A stretch of DNA of 32,000 nt from Aliivibrio fischeri ES114 (GTDB taxonomy: Bacteria > Pseudomonadota > Gammaproteobacteria > Enterobacterales > Vibrionaceae): the NCBI RefSeq assembly GCF_000011805.1, contig NC_006841.2; one strand, written 5' to 3'. A program made the translations under genes and the position numbers. Position 1 is the stretch's first letter. Each line of letters begins with the position of its first letter. Under the pieces are notes generated by a model. That model had not been told where the DNA came from and searched no databases. It saw only the letters and a program-made list of their open reading frames with translations. Below, piece by piece: positions 18,480 to 28,130 of the stretch.

Positions 18480-20278
18480 AATGGAAATCCTTTCTGTTTT
18501 TTATGAGGCCAAATTTGTCTTTCACGCTCTCCGTATTGATTAATTTTAGGTTTCATAGTGTACATACCACTATCTAAAGCCCAGTGATCTGAACAATGGA
18601 CATAATGTTTTAAAACATAAGATGATAAAGACTCTGGTACTTCTTTTATAATAGATAAGCCTGAGATATTTTTTGAATGATTATAATTGTCTTCATAAAA
18701 TGAGTAGAGTTCTGCTAACCTTCCTCCAAAAATCAAAGTATTTGTTGAAAGTGGAACATTATTATCCATGGCTATCTTATGCATTAAATTAAATGAAAGA
18801 AATTGAAGATCTGGTGAAATATCCCTTGTCATTGATAATGTTGCTCTATATCGATAATGCTTATTGGTAAGTCTTGTTTTAACAACATTGTTTTGTGAAA
18901 AACAACTTGAAGAAACAACATAAGGTAGAAACTCTTGTTTCATCTCTTCTATTTTTTCTTCTGCTCTATTATTAAAGTTTCTAGTTGCATGCCAATCGTC
19001 CTCACTAATAGTACGTAGATATGGTTTCATAATTAATACGCTATCTTTTGGATCTTTGTAACCACCACCAATATCAGAATGAACACCAAGCAACGCTAAT
19101 TCTTGATGTTCAGGAGCAACCGAATTTAGCGCAAAATTATCTCTACACTCATGATGAGCGGTAAAATGCACCACTTTTTTTGCAATATCTTTAGGTAAAT
19201 ATAAGTTTATACCATGATTATTTTCATCTGTTGTATCGAGTAAATCTTTAATACAACCAATTGCTGCAACTGTATCGTATAACCCAATAAAATTAATACT
19301 TACTTTAGAAGAATCATTTAATTGTAATTTCTCATACACTAAGCCATCCACTTTTTTATGAATTTCATTAGCAAAATGCCTTGCTGTAGCTGCACCTCGA
19401 CTAAAACCAAAAATATCAAAGACCAACTTTATAAGGTGAATGTTAATACCTGATTTATTTAATTCTAAAAGAATATCATCAATAGCTTTCTTTGAAATCG
19501 CAATAACACCACGATCACCAACCCCTAAACCCATATCAGGAAAACGTTGATCTTCTTCAAGAGCTTTAGTGCCAACACCTTCCATATAAATCTTATGCAT
19601 CGTTTTGACATCTGATATATATGATTTAAATAAACGTCCTATATTTGTAATCGAATTATCGTAACTTCCTCGATTTTTTTCTGAAAATTCGAATAATTCT
19701 TCGCATATATTTTGGGTTTCATCAGAAATAAACGTTTCATCTTCGCACATAGCACCAAAATCAGCATTAAACGAGTTGTTTCCTGTTCCATCAAAGAAAA
19801 CACCAAAGCGAATTTCTTGCTTAGTAAAATCCAGAACTTCAATTACATAACTCTCGTTATGAACAAAAGTAACATTCCCTAGCTTCCCTTTATTATGCTC
19901 TTCAAGAAATTGATAATCCGGATTATTACTTCATAGATCTCCCAATGTTGCATGTAGGTACTTTTTACTTTGGTTTTGTTCTGGACCACCCAGAGCTTCT
20001 TTTGCAAACTCTGGAACTAGCGATGTTTCTGAATCTAATCGCTTATCTCGGTCTTCAACAACATCTATTAATGTCTGAGTATCTATAGTAACTTTTACAG
20101 GACCACTCGCAATATCTTCAATATGATTTATTCCAGAAGTCAAATTTACAGTCTGAATAGCTCCGGAAGCATCTTCGATAGTGATATCAAAACCTTCATA
20201 AGACTGATTATTTTCATCTCTAAAATCTAATTCAATCCAGTTTTTACTCTTTTCACAGGGAATACAACGATCACTCAT
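18476..20278 (-). CDS. T6SS phospholipase effector, Tle1/DUF2235-like, interrupted by an in-frame TGA at 19931-19933
   Basis: Single continuous frame of 601 codons including the terminal stop. N-terminal 115 aa (MSDRCIPCEKSKNWIELDFRDENNQSYEGF...HATLGDL), TGA, then SNNPDYQFLEEHNKGKLGNVTFVHNESYVIEVLDFTKQEIRFGVFFDGTGNNSFNADFGAM..., lipase nucleophile elbow GFSRG at 19394-19408, RPxSDIGGGY-like segment (LLGVHSDIGGGY). Preceded by hcp, vgrG and DUF4123 and followed by lipoproteins. Confidence 0.75.
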
Positions 20279-21075
20279 ATCTGGGTTCCTTGTTGTAATT
20301 CAGATCGAGTTACTAAGTTCTCTACCTGCTTAACGGTTTTTATTTGTGCGCTATCTAAATACCAGGCTTCATAGATGTCGTGACTTTGTTGTTTACTATC
20401 TTTAATTAGCATGTTCATTGAATATGCTTCTAATTCTTCATTTTCAAGACGATGCGCTCGCCCCTCTATAAGATGGTTAATTAACTGTGATTGTATATCT
20501 GAATTTTTTTCGTATATCTCTTTCATTAAAGAAGGAAGACGCTGCCACGCTAATCGCTCAGTAATCCATGCATGTCTTTCAACTGAATATGATGAATGGT
20601 GTTTTTCTATCTTCCACCACGGCTCTGATTTATAACTTACTTGAGAGGCGCTATTTTCGTAAGAACACAAAGAACCGACTGACGATATAATTTCTATACA
20701 CTCTGAACTACCAAGAAATAACGATAATTCTTTCTGGTTAAATGATACAAGCATGGCTTCTAAAACAACTCGGTCATAATAACGAAATAAAACTAATTCT
20801 CCATCAAGACCTGCAAACGTTAAACTTTTCCAATGCTGTATATGTGTTTCAATATCATCAGAAAAATAAATACGAAAGCCTGATGGTTTATTGGCAAAAT
20901 AAGCTAAAAACTCTTTAGGTGGATATGGCAATAACCATGGACCAATCTCTTTCTGTGCATCAAACTCAGTATCTAAATACAAAGGAAAAGCATTACCACC
21001 ACCATAATGATAAAAGCGCTCAATAACCTCTTTATCTTCAAGAGGATTAACTACCAAATAGCTCTGTTCATGCAT
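20275..21075 (-). CDS. DUF4123 domain T6SS adaptor/chaperone
   Basis: Located between vgrG and the effector. Sequence AFPLYLDTEFDAQKEIGPWLLPYPP...GFRIYFSDDIETHIQHWKSLTFAGLDGELVLFRYYDRVVLEAML is DUF4123-like. Start placed at 21075 (GAGGGG RBS upstream); stop overlaps the effector start (ATGA). Confidence 0.82.
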   Translation of the reverse strand: MHEQSYLVVNPLEDKEVIERFYHYGGGNAFPLYLDTEFDAQKEIGPWLLPYPPKEFLAYFANKPSGFRIYFSDDIETHIQHWKSLTFAGLDGELVLFRYYDRVVLEAMLVSFNQKELSLFLGSSECIEIISSVGSLCSYENSASQVSYKSEPWWKIEKHHSSYSVERHAWITERLAWQRLPSLMKEIYEKNSDIQSQLINHLIEGRAHRLENEELEAYSMNMLIKDSKQQSHDIYEAWYLDSAQIKTVKQVENLVTRSELQQGTQI

Positions 21076-21079
21076 TCTA

Positions 21080-23116
21080 TTATTCCCCTCCGCAAGGTTT
21101 AACAGCAATGGCATTCAATTTTTGAGCGTTCTCTAATGCATTTTGAGGGGCTTTCATTGGTAAAGATCCCGCCTGCTCAACTTCTTTTCCCATTGGTAAT
21201 ACGGCTGTTTTTCCTGCATAACCACTGCCACTTCCCGCGCTTCCGCCAGAGTTTAGGTTAATTACAGAACCAATAAGATGAACGCCTGCTGGGTCAATTT
21301 TTACAACACTACCGCCGGCTTTAATGGTGATTTCAGTACCTGCTTCTAACACTATTTTTTGACCTGATTTTAAATGCAATTCAGAGCCGATCTCTTCTAG
21401 CTGTTTTTTGCCTACTTTTTTATGTAAAGAGCCATTAACTTGATGATGAGCGTCGCCTTTAATCGTTTCAAACTGACTTCCATTAACGGTGGTATGACGA
21501 TTGTTTTTTATCTCATTAAACTGATTGTTATGTACAATCTTATGTTCATCATTGAAGACTTCTATTGTGTGATCATGTTGGATCTGGCTATCCATGTCTT
21601 TTGCTGCATGAATATAAATTTGCTCTGCGTCTTTTTTATCTTCAAAGCGCAGTTCATTAAAGTTTTCACCACCTAATGAACTTGAGGTTTTAAAGGTACT
21701 GCGTGTTTTATGCTCAGGTAAGGTATAAGGTGGTTTATTGGCACCGTTATAAAGCGCTCCAGTAATAATGGGCTTATCTGGATCACCATGAATGAAACTG
21801 ACAATCACCTCGTGTCCTATCCTAGGTAAAATAAACTGCCCATATTGGTTTCCAGCCCAGCCCTGAGATGTTCGTAACCAACAACTTGTCTTTTCATTTC
21901 CTTGACCATTTCTATCCCAATGAAACTGTACTTTTACGCGACCATGCTCATCACAATATATCTCTTCGCTTTCAGGACCTGTTACGATAGCGGTATCAAC
22001 ATTATGGATCAGTGGCTTAGGTTGAGTAGTAAGCTTAAAAGGAACTATCCATGGCATACAACGAAAACTGGCATTATATTCAGAGCCACCATCAGCCAAT
22101 TCTTCAAGTACCTGTGGCTGACGCCCGCTATGAAACACTTGAGTTAGCAACCAAGTATCGTTCCACTCAGGGTTAGGATGTTCTTGAATAGGTTGGAAAT
22201 ACCCTGCGGTCAATTGTGCGCAGTCGCTCTCGCCGAAAAGTTCAATACTCCTAGCTCTTTGTTGCTCTAGTCGTAATGATGCTTGTTTTGTAGCTTTTTC
22301 TGATGAGGTTTGATTAATTGGGTATTGATAATGTTCTAATGCTAACTCAGAGGCACATTCACCTTGATCATCGTTCTGCATAATCCCTGCAGGAAGTCGT
22401 GTTGGCGTTTCAAAATTAAAGTCTCTTACTGATATTTTACCGACGCTTACTTGCTGCTTTTTCATTAAAGAAGTAATGGTGTTGCCATCTTTCGTCATTC
22501 CATTATCAGCAACAACGCACAAGGGAGGTAATTCGGTATATATTTCAGGTCCATCCGAAATAATCTGTTTAACTCCACTCTCTGTATGTTCAAAATAATA
22601 TACTAAGCCTTCTTCAGACAATAAGCGCTGAACAAACATGGCATCGGATTCACCGTATTGAACACAGTATTCTCTTGGTTCATGAGTATTAAACAGCTCA
22701 ATAGTAAAATGATTACTCAAGATCCCCGCTTGTTGATAAATCTCGGTAATGATGTCTGGTACGGTTTTATTTTGAAATATTTGATAATTGGTTCGATAAT
22801 TGAGAAGCGCAAAAATAGGAACCAGACTTAATCGGTAGGTACTGTTTCGAAAAGAAGTGCTGATTTGCTCTATCGATTCAATAATGCCATGCACATACCT
22901 TGGCGCAAAATCGGGATTATTGTCATGATGCAATGTCAAGCAAGCTGGCAATTGTAGCCATTGAGCTAAATTCAATTCAGGCTCTTCACAAATAAAAGTA
23001 ACATCAAACTGATAGTTTTCTCCCAACGTTTCTTGCCCTGAGAATGAATACACTTGAAGTGGAATATCTATCGTTGCAACGTTAATTTCAAATTGAGCTT
23101 GGTTTGCATCCTGCAT
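21080..23116 (-). CDS. vgrG: T6SS tip protein VgrG
   Basis: Typical VgrG sequence including YCVQYGESDAMFVQRLLSEEGLVYYFEH, YCDEHGRVKVQFHWDRNGQGNEKTSCWLRTSQGWAGNQYGQFILPRIGHEVIVSFIHGDPDKPIITGALYN, HTRSTFKTSSS. Confidence 0.95.
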   Translation of the reverse strand: MQDANQAQFEINVATIDIPLQVYSFSGQETLGENYQFDVTFICEEPELNLAQWLQLPACLTLHHDNNPDFAPRYVHGIIESIEQISTSFRNSTYRLSLVPIFALLNYRTNYQIFQNKTVPDIITEIYQQAGILSNHFTIELFNTHEPREYCVQYGESDAMFVQRLLSEEGLVYYFEHTESGVKQIISDGPEIYTELPPLCVVADNGMTKDGNTITSLMKKQQVSVGKISVRDFNFETPTRLPAGIMQNDDQGECASELALEHYQYPINQTSSEKATKQASLRLEQQRARSIELFGESDCAQLTAGYFQPIQEHPNPEWNDTWLLTQVFHSGRQPQVLEELADGGSEYNASFRCMPWIVPFKLTTQPKPLIHNVDTAIVTGPESEEIYCDEHGRVKVQFHWDRNGQGNEKTSCWLRTSQGWAGNQYGQFILPRIGHEVIVSFIHGDPDKPIITGALYNGANKPPYTLPEHKTRSTFKTSSSLGGENFNELRFEDKKDAEQIYIHAAKDMDSQIQHDHTIEVFNDEHKIVHNNQFNEIKNNRHTTVNGSQFETIKGDAHHQVNGSLHKKVGKKQLEEIGSELHLKSGQKIVLEAGTEITIKAGGSVVKIDPAGVHLIGSVINLNSGGSAGSGSGYAGKTAVLPMGKEVEQAGSLPMKAPQNALENAQKLNAIAVKPCGGE

Positions 23117-23190
23117 AATGATCCTTCCTAATACACGACTCTACTTTCATCGCGTTAAACACGGTGGCTTAATTAAATAAGCTAAAACGC

Positions 23191-23244
23191 AAAAAGGGAG
23201 AGCCATCATAAACAGCTAGGGGTGCTTATGATATTGACTCTCCC
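23191..23244 (-). terminator. Terminator-like hairpin between hcp and vgrG
   Basis: Minus strand GGGAGAGTCAATATCATAAGCACCCCTAGCTGTTTATGATGGCTCTCCCTTTTT: GGGAGAG/CTCTCCC plus ATCATAA/TTATGAT stems followed by a T-tract, 15 nt after the hcp stop. Confidence 0.75.
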
Positions 23245-23258
23245 GAAAATGCGAGCGA

Positions 23259-23777
23259 TTACGCTTTCATTGCTGTACGCCAGTCATCGTTACCTGATGT
23301 ACCTGCGACTTCGTGCGTCCAATCAATGGCACGATATGTCATAAATACATCTTCTAGGTGTGTGAAATGCGCTTGTGATGGGTCTTGACAGTTAGGCATT
23401 GACGCTGTGATATCAACGATAATCGCATCGTGTAGAACTGTTGTGAAATAGTGCTCTTGTGTACCTGTTGCAGAAGTACGGTACCACTTAATCTCAACTT
23501 TAGGCAGTTTCTCACCAGACGTTAATGCGTTATACATTAGTGGTGATGCCTTATCGAATACTTTTGTAATACGTACAGGCTTATGCACACGTTGACCAGT
23601 AGGCTGACCTGATTGAGGATCACGAGGTAATAAAACCTGATGTTCAAATCCTTGAACTAATACTTCGTCTTCATGACCTTCTTGGTAAATGTTACCTACT
23701 GAATCTTCAGTAAATGTACCTGCAGTAATTAGTCCCTGTTTTTCGCCTTCAATGCGCATATAAGCTGGAGTTGGCAT
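23259..23777 (-). CDS. hcp: T6SS inner tube protein Hcp
   Basis: 172 aa; MPTPAYMRIEGEKQGLITAGTFTEDSVGNIYQEGHEDEVLVQGFEHQVLLPRDPQSGQPTGQRVHKPVRITKVFDKASPLMYNAL is a canonical Hcp. Confidence 0.96.
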   Translation of the reverse strand: MPTPAYMRIEGEKQGLITAGTFTEDSVGNIYQEGHEDEVLVQGFEHQVLLPRDPQSGQPTGQRVHKPVRITKVFDKASPLMYNALTSGEKLPKVEIKWYRTSATGTQEHYFTTVLHDAIIVDITASMPNCQDPSQAHFTHLEDVFMTYRAIDWTHEVAGTSGNDDWRTAMKA

Positions 23778-23824
23778 ACTTTCTTCCTTTTAAACAATAG
23801 TAAATGAATAATTCCCTATCCCTA

Positions 23825-23842
23825 TTGCCAAAGGTGTGCCAA
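23825..23842 (-). promoter_or_regulatory. Sigma54 (RpoN)-type -24/-12 promoter upstream of hcp
   Basis: Minus strand TTGGCACACCTTTGGCAA: TGGCAC -24 element, GG-N10-GC spacing, -12 TGGC (consensus TTGC). Predicted start about 40 nt before the hcp ATG. Confidence 0.65.
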
Positions 23843-24015
23843 TTTTTTAACCGTTAAATATCAACAAGATAAAATGATAAAAAACATAAATTATAAAATA
23901 AAAGTTTGAAAAACAATCAAAGATTCTTGAAAATCAATCAAACTAATATCCGTGCCAAATTAAACTATCTTTCGTACTGAATCACGATTTTCCGATTCAG
24001 TTATCAAAAAAGCCA

Positions 24016-24666
24016 TTAATTAAGTAAATGAGCATAAAGGTGACTCACTTTTTCACTGCATTTAGGATTCGCTTCCATTCTTTTATAATGTGCGATGGTT
24101 TTATGTAAATACTCTTGGTGCTCGGTATTACTCAAGTTCCACATTTCAGAACCTATGCAATGTAATGGCTGTGTTGCTCGGTTGCTCACATGCAATACTT
24201 CATAAAATCGTTGGTTTTCTTTTACAAGCGTTTCAGAGATCAAACCAAAGCCCATTTCAATTAATTCTCGTCTTACCCTGTAATTATGCAAAACTGGGCA
24301 AAGAATAAACTCTAAATCAGCATCTTTATTATACTGATAAATAGACCGTACTAACTCAATAAGTAAATCTCCACCAACACCAGCAATAATAATTAAATTT
24401 TTAGAATCATTAACTAATGGAAGTTGCGCCACATCCATACAATGAACCTGCCATTGGGGTTGAATATCAGCGGCGTATTTATTAAGTCGAGTTTCTAGCT
24501 CTACCATTAAGCTATCTACCACATCCACAAAATGAATTACGCTTTTGGGTTGTGAGGCTAATAAAGCCATACCTAACTGGCCATGGTCACAACAACAGTC
24601 CCAAATATGATCATAATGGGTGGTTACTTTATTTCTGATGGTATCTAAACGAGAGCTTAATTTCAT
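24016..24666 (-). CDS. TrmK-like SAM-dependent methyltransferase (tRNA adenine-N1 methyltransferase family)
   Basis: MKLSSRLDTIRNKVTTHYDHIWDCCCDHGQLGMALLAS...IIIAGVGGDLLIELV resembles the TrmK/YqfN family SAM-binding region. Confidence 0.75.
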   Translation of the reverse strand: MKLSSRLDTIRNKVTTHYDHIWDCCCDHGQLGMALLASQPKSVIHFVDVVDSLMVELETRLNKYAADIQPQWQVHCMDVAQLPLVNDSKNLIIIAGVGGDLLIELVRSIYQYNKDADLEFILCPVLHNYRVRRELIEMGFGLISETLVKENQRFYEVLHVSNRATQPLHCIGSEMWNLSNTEHQEYLHKTIAHYKRMEANPKCSEKVSHLYAHLLN

Positions 24667-24754
24667 GAGTTTAATCTGTAGTAAAAATCAGACACAGTAT
24701 ATAGTATTTTTTTCATAAAAATCAGGTAAGCTACCCTATAGAATTCTTAATCAA

Positions 24755-25576
24755 ATGGTAATGATGATGTATAAACTGATCGCGCTTGATATGGATGGCA
24801 CTCTGCTTAATTCCGACAAACAAATCTCTGCAGAAAACAAAGCTGCAATTGCCGCTGCTCGTGAAAAAGGTGTCGTTGTCGTATTGGCTTCTGGGCGCCC
24901 ACTAAATGGCATGAAACCACAGCTTGAAGAACTTGGAATGACAACTGAAAACGACTACGTGCTCAGTTATAACGCATCATTAGTTCAAAAAGTGAAAAAT
25001 GAGGAAGTGATCCGTAGCCAAATCATTACTGGTGCAGATGCCAAAGCCATTGCAAAACTTGCACAAGAGCTTGGTGTGAATGTTCATGCATTTTCTCAAG
25101 AAAAAGGGTTAATTACTCCTGCACTAAGTCACTACACAGAGCATGAATCAAAAATCACAGGTATGCCGATCACAGTTATTGATTTTGAAGAACTTGCTGA
25201 TGATGAACAGATACTTAAAGCAATGATGATTGATGAACCAGAACTGCTTTCTGCAGCTATCAAACAACTTCCTGAAGCACTTTATAAACAATTTACCATT
25301 GTTCAAAGTGCACCTTTCTTCTTAGAATTTTTAAACCCAAACAGCAACAAAGGTGTAGGTGTAGAAGCACTGGCTGAGCATCTAGGTATTACCGCCGATG
25401 AGGTAATTTGTATGGGTGATGCTGGCAATGATTGGCACATGATTAAATACGCAGGTTTAGGTGTTGCAATGGCCAACGCAACCGATGATGTAAAAGAGAT
25501 TGCTAATCATATTACCGTAAGTAATAACGAACATGGTGTAGCAAAAGTGATTGAAGAGTTTGTATTAAACGCTTAA
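24755..25576 (+). CDS. yidA: Cof-type HAD-IIB sugar phosphatase, YidA-like
   Basis: YKLIALDMDGTLLNSDKQIS...NKGVGVEALAEHLGITADEVICMGDAGNDWHMIKYAGLGVAMANA. Start may be the internal Met at 24767 rather than 24755. Confidence 0.8.
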   Translation: MVMMMYKLIALDMDGTLLNSDKQISAENKAAIAAAREKGVVVVLASGRPLNGMKPQLEELGMTTENDYVLSYNASLVQKVKNEEVIRSQIITGADAKAIAKLAQELGVNVHAFSQEKGLITPALSHYTEHESKITGMPITVIDFEELADDEQILKAMMIDEPELLSAAIKQLPEALYKQFTIVQSAPFFLEFLNPNSNKGVGVEALAEHLGITADEVICMGDAGNDWHMIKYAGLGVAMANATDDVKEIANHITVSNNEHGVAKVIEEFVLNA

Positions 25577-25596
25577 TTTCATTACATAGATACAAC

Positions 25597-25641
25597 TAAA
25601 AATAGCCCCTAGCATGAATAAACATACTAGGGGCTATTTTA
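25597..25641. terminator. Bidirectional terminator between yidA-like and MFS genes
   Basis: AAAATAGCCCCTAG...CTAGGGGCTATTTT inverted repeat. Confidence 0.85.
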
Positions 25642-25666
25642 TTTCTGATAAAGACTAATTACATGA

Positions 25667-26965
25667 TTACGCTTCTGATTCAACCATGCGTTTTTCATTA
25701 TCTCCACCACTGTTCTTCTTCTTCAATGAAATAAGAATGAGTGAGCACACCATACCAACAACAGCAACAGTTAAACCAATACCAAAGATCATTTGATATG
25801 CCTGAACTGCAGGATAGCTATCAATAATCCAGCCATTTAATGCATATGCCCAGAATACAGAAGCATAAGCTGCAAATGAACCGACACTCATTGCTGAACC
25901 ACTGTAATCTTTAGGCACGCCCGCTTCTGCCACTGGCGCTAAAATAATACCTTTTGCTAAGAAAATGCTAAATGAGAAACACATTAATAGAACCATGTTC
26001 ATCATTAACATGCCTTCTGATTTAGGTAGAGCAATCGTCACACCTAAACATACCGCCGTTAAACCTAAAGCGAAGAACATCATCTTAATGGAAGATTTAA
26101 AAATGAAATCAGCAATAGAGCCAGCGACAAGACCTGCAACAACACCCATTGCGCCTGTATTAATGATACCGAAGATCGCAGCTTGAGCAGTAGACAACCC
26201 GAACACAGCTTGAAGATAAGGGACCGTATAAATCAGTGTAATGTAAATCCAATATACAGTTAGAGATGTAATTGCAGCTAGCCATACCGTTGGCATTTTT
26301 AAAACGTGAATTAAGCCTTTTAATGCCTCTTTGTTTTTGCTTTCACCTTGCTTAATTTCCATATGGTTATCTGGTACGAATTTCCATACACAGAAGATCA
26401 TTGGGAGAATAAGTAATGTATAGAAAACAATTGCACCTTGGAATACAAGAATAGAGCCACCAACCAATGCCATGATACCGACGATAACCGCATTCATACT
26501 CATCTCAGCAGCGCGTCGCACAGATTCTAATAGCCCAAACGCCATTCCTTTGTTTCTATCGCCAGACATTAACGTCACACCATTCACAACGGCAGGCCAG
26601 AATGCGGCGTCGACTAAGCCCCAAATACCTGCAATAACGACAAGTACGCTAAAACCAGGTTCTAAGAAGATGATCGCCATCATACTTAAAAAACGAATCG
26701 ACAAACTGGTTATTAAAATGGATTTAACAGAAAAACGATTATTGACCCAACCAGCTGGAATATAGAAGAACATTGCTGAGCCTATCAGCGTAAATAGGAT
26801 CCCCATTTGGGTATTATCTATTTTTAGTACTTCTAATAATAAATTATAAAATGTCCCTTTAAAGGCTTCAAAAGCCGAGTAAATAATTTGCCCTGACATT
26901 ACGACAGAGAAAAAACCGAATAGCTGATTTCGACTGGTAAACCCAATCTTTTCAAATAAGTTCAT
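25667..26965 (-). CDS. MFS transporter
   Basis: 12-TM hydrophobic pattern, PAGWVNNRFSVKSILITSLSIR motif between TM2 and TM3. Confidence 0.85.
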   Translation of the reverse strand: MNLFEKIGFTSRNQLFGFFSVVMSGQIIYSAFEAFKGTFYNLLLEVLKIDNTQMGILFTLIGSAMFFYIPAGWVNNRFSVKSILITSLSIRFLSMMAIIFLEPGFSVLVVIAGIWGLVDAAFWPAVVNGVTLMSGDRNKGMAFGLLESVRRAAEMSMNAVIVGIMALVGGSILVFQGAIVFYTLLILPMIFCVWKFVPDNHMEIKQGESKNKEALKGLIHVLKMPTVWLAAITSLTVYWIYITLIYTVPYLQAVFGLSTAQAAIFGIINTGAMGVVAGLVAGSIADFIFKSSIKMMFFALGLTAVCLGVTIALPKSEGMLMMNMVLLMCFSFSIFLAKGIILAPVAEAGVPKDYSGSAMSVGSFAAYASVFWAYALNGWIIDSYPAVQAYQMIFGIGLTVAVVGMVCSLILISLKKKNSGGDNEKRMVESEA

Positions 26966-27006
26966 TTGAGCAATCCTTTCACGTTATTGAATTATTAGTT
27001 TTGTTA

Positions 27007-27750
27007 TTATTGTTTTGCTTTGTATTTAGAAGGGAACTTATGAGCTATATCAGTACAGATACCATCTACACCCCAGTTAAATAGTTCATTTGCACGAGCC
27101 AAATCATTCACCGTCCAAACATTCACTTTAATGCCTGATGCTTTAAATTTTTGCACCATATCGCGAGTTAATCCTTTTTCTTCAGGGTGAATATAATCCG
27201 CTTGGCACCACTCAATAATTGAATTCCAGTCATCCCATAAAGTGTGACTTTCAAATAAACACGCAACTTTGGTTTCAGGACTTTTACGCTTAAATTCAGA
27301 TAAAACAAGATGATTAAAGCTTGAAATGATCAGCTCTCTTTCAGAGTTCAGCTCTTTTAATGCCGTAATCAGATTATCAATCAATAAATGACTAAGCTTT
27401 GCGCTCGCTGAACATGATTTGATTTCGATATTCAAATTCAATTCTTTTTCGTTCGCTAATGTAATTAATTGTTGAATCGTCGGTAAACGCTCATCAATAT
27501 AGTCATCACTAAACCAACTGCCAGCATCAATAGAAGATAAATCAGCACTACTAATATCACACAAGCGACCACTTTTATCAGTGCAACGATCTAACGTATC
27601 GTCATGAGATATGATCACAGTGCCATCTTGTAGAATATCGACATCACATTCAAACCATTGAACGCCATGATCTTTACATAATGAGAATGCTGAAAGGGTA
27701 TTTTCAGGAGCCAGAGAAGACATTCCACGATGAGCTATTAATGTTTTCAT
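27007..27750 (-). CDS. Glycerophosphodiester phosphodiesterase (cytoplasmic, UgpQ-like)
   Basis: IAHRGMSSLAPENTLSAFSLCKDHGVQWFECDVDILQDGTVIISHDDTLDRCTDKSG; no signal peptide. Confidence 0.9.
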   Translation of the reverse strand: MKTLIAHRGMSSLAPENTLSAFSLCKDHGVQWFECDVDILQDGTVIISHDDTLDRCTDKSGRLCDISSADLSSIDAGSWFSDDYIDERLPTIQQLITLANEKELNLNIEIKSCSASAKLSHLLIDNLITALKELNSERELIISSFNHLVLSEFKRKSPETKVACLFESHTLWDDWNSIIEWCQADYIHPEEKGLTRDMVQKFKASGIKVNVWTVNDLARANELFNWGVDGICTDIAHKFPSKYKAKQ

Positions 27751-28076
27751 TGTTAACCTATTTCACGTGTTAAAAGATAGAAATAATAATAACGCTTAGG
27801 TCATTGCATAAATGTGACAGAAACGAACAAAATGCGCATTCGAACGCTCGAATTGGAACTTTTATTACTTTTTGCAGCAAAGTTAACAATATTAATCACT
27901 AGAAATTAGCTCACAAACTAATTTAACACCTATCAAACTATACCCATTTAGTAGTAAAAACTATTTCAATGCCAATTTTCAACAGAATAAGTAACCATTA
28001 ATATATAAGCTAAGTAAATAATTGAATTCATTAATAATGTAAATGATGACTTTGCTAATACTGTTTGTTAGTAAGT

Positions 28077-28109
28077 AAAAAAATAGCACTTCATCTAAGA
28101 TAAAGTGCC
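28077..28109 (-). terminator. Probable terminator downstream of the GGDEF gene
   Basis: Minus strand GGCACTTTATCTTAGATGAAGTGCTATTTTTTT: short stem followed by a T-tract. Confidence 0.6.
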
Positions 28110-28130
28110 ATCACGTTGGTTTATGAAATA

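Noticed and set aside
19639-19842. 67 aa minus-strand ORF in the effector's alternate frame
   Set aside because: It lies entirely in a +1/-1 frame over the FFDGTGNN-encoding segment of the effector and has no family features. The correct frame is the one joining 20278 to 18476.
19931-19933. Possibility that the TGA encodes selenocysteine
   Set aside because: No obvious SECIS-like stem-loop immediately 3' of the TGA, and T6SS Tle1 effectors are not known selenoproteins. Nonsense mutation, error or split gene are simpler.
21440-22147. ORFs 21440-21676 and 21902-22147 (+) inside vgrG
   Set aside because: Complement of a well-conserved vgrG; no plausible product.
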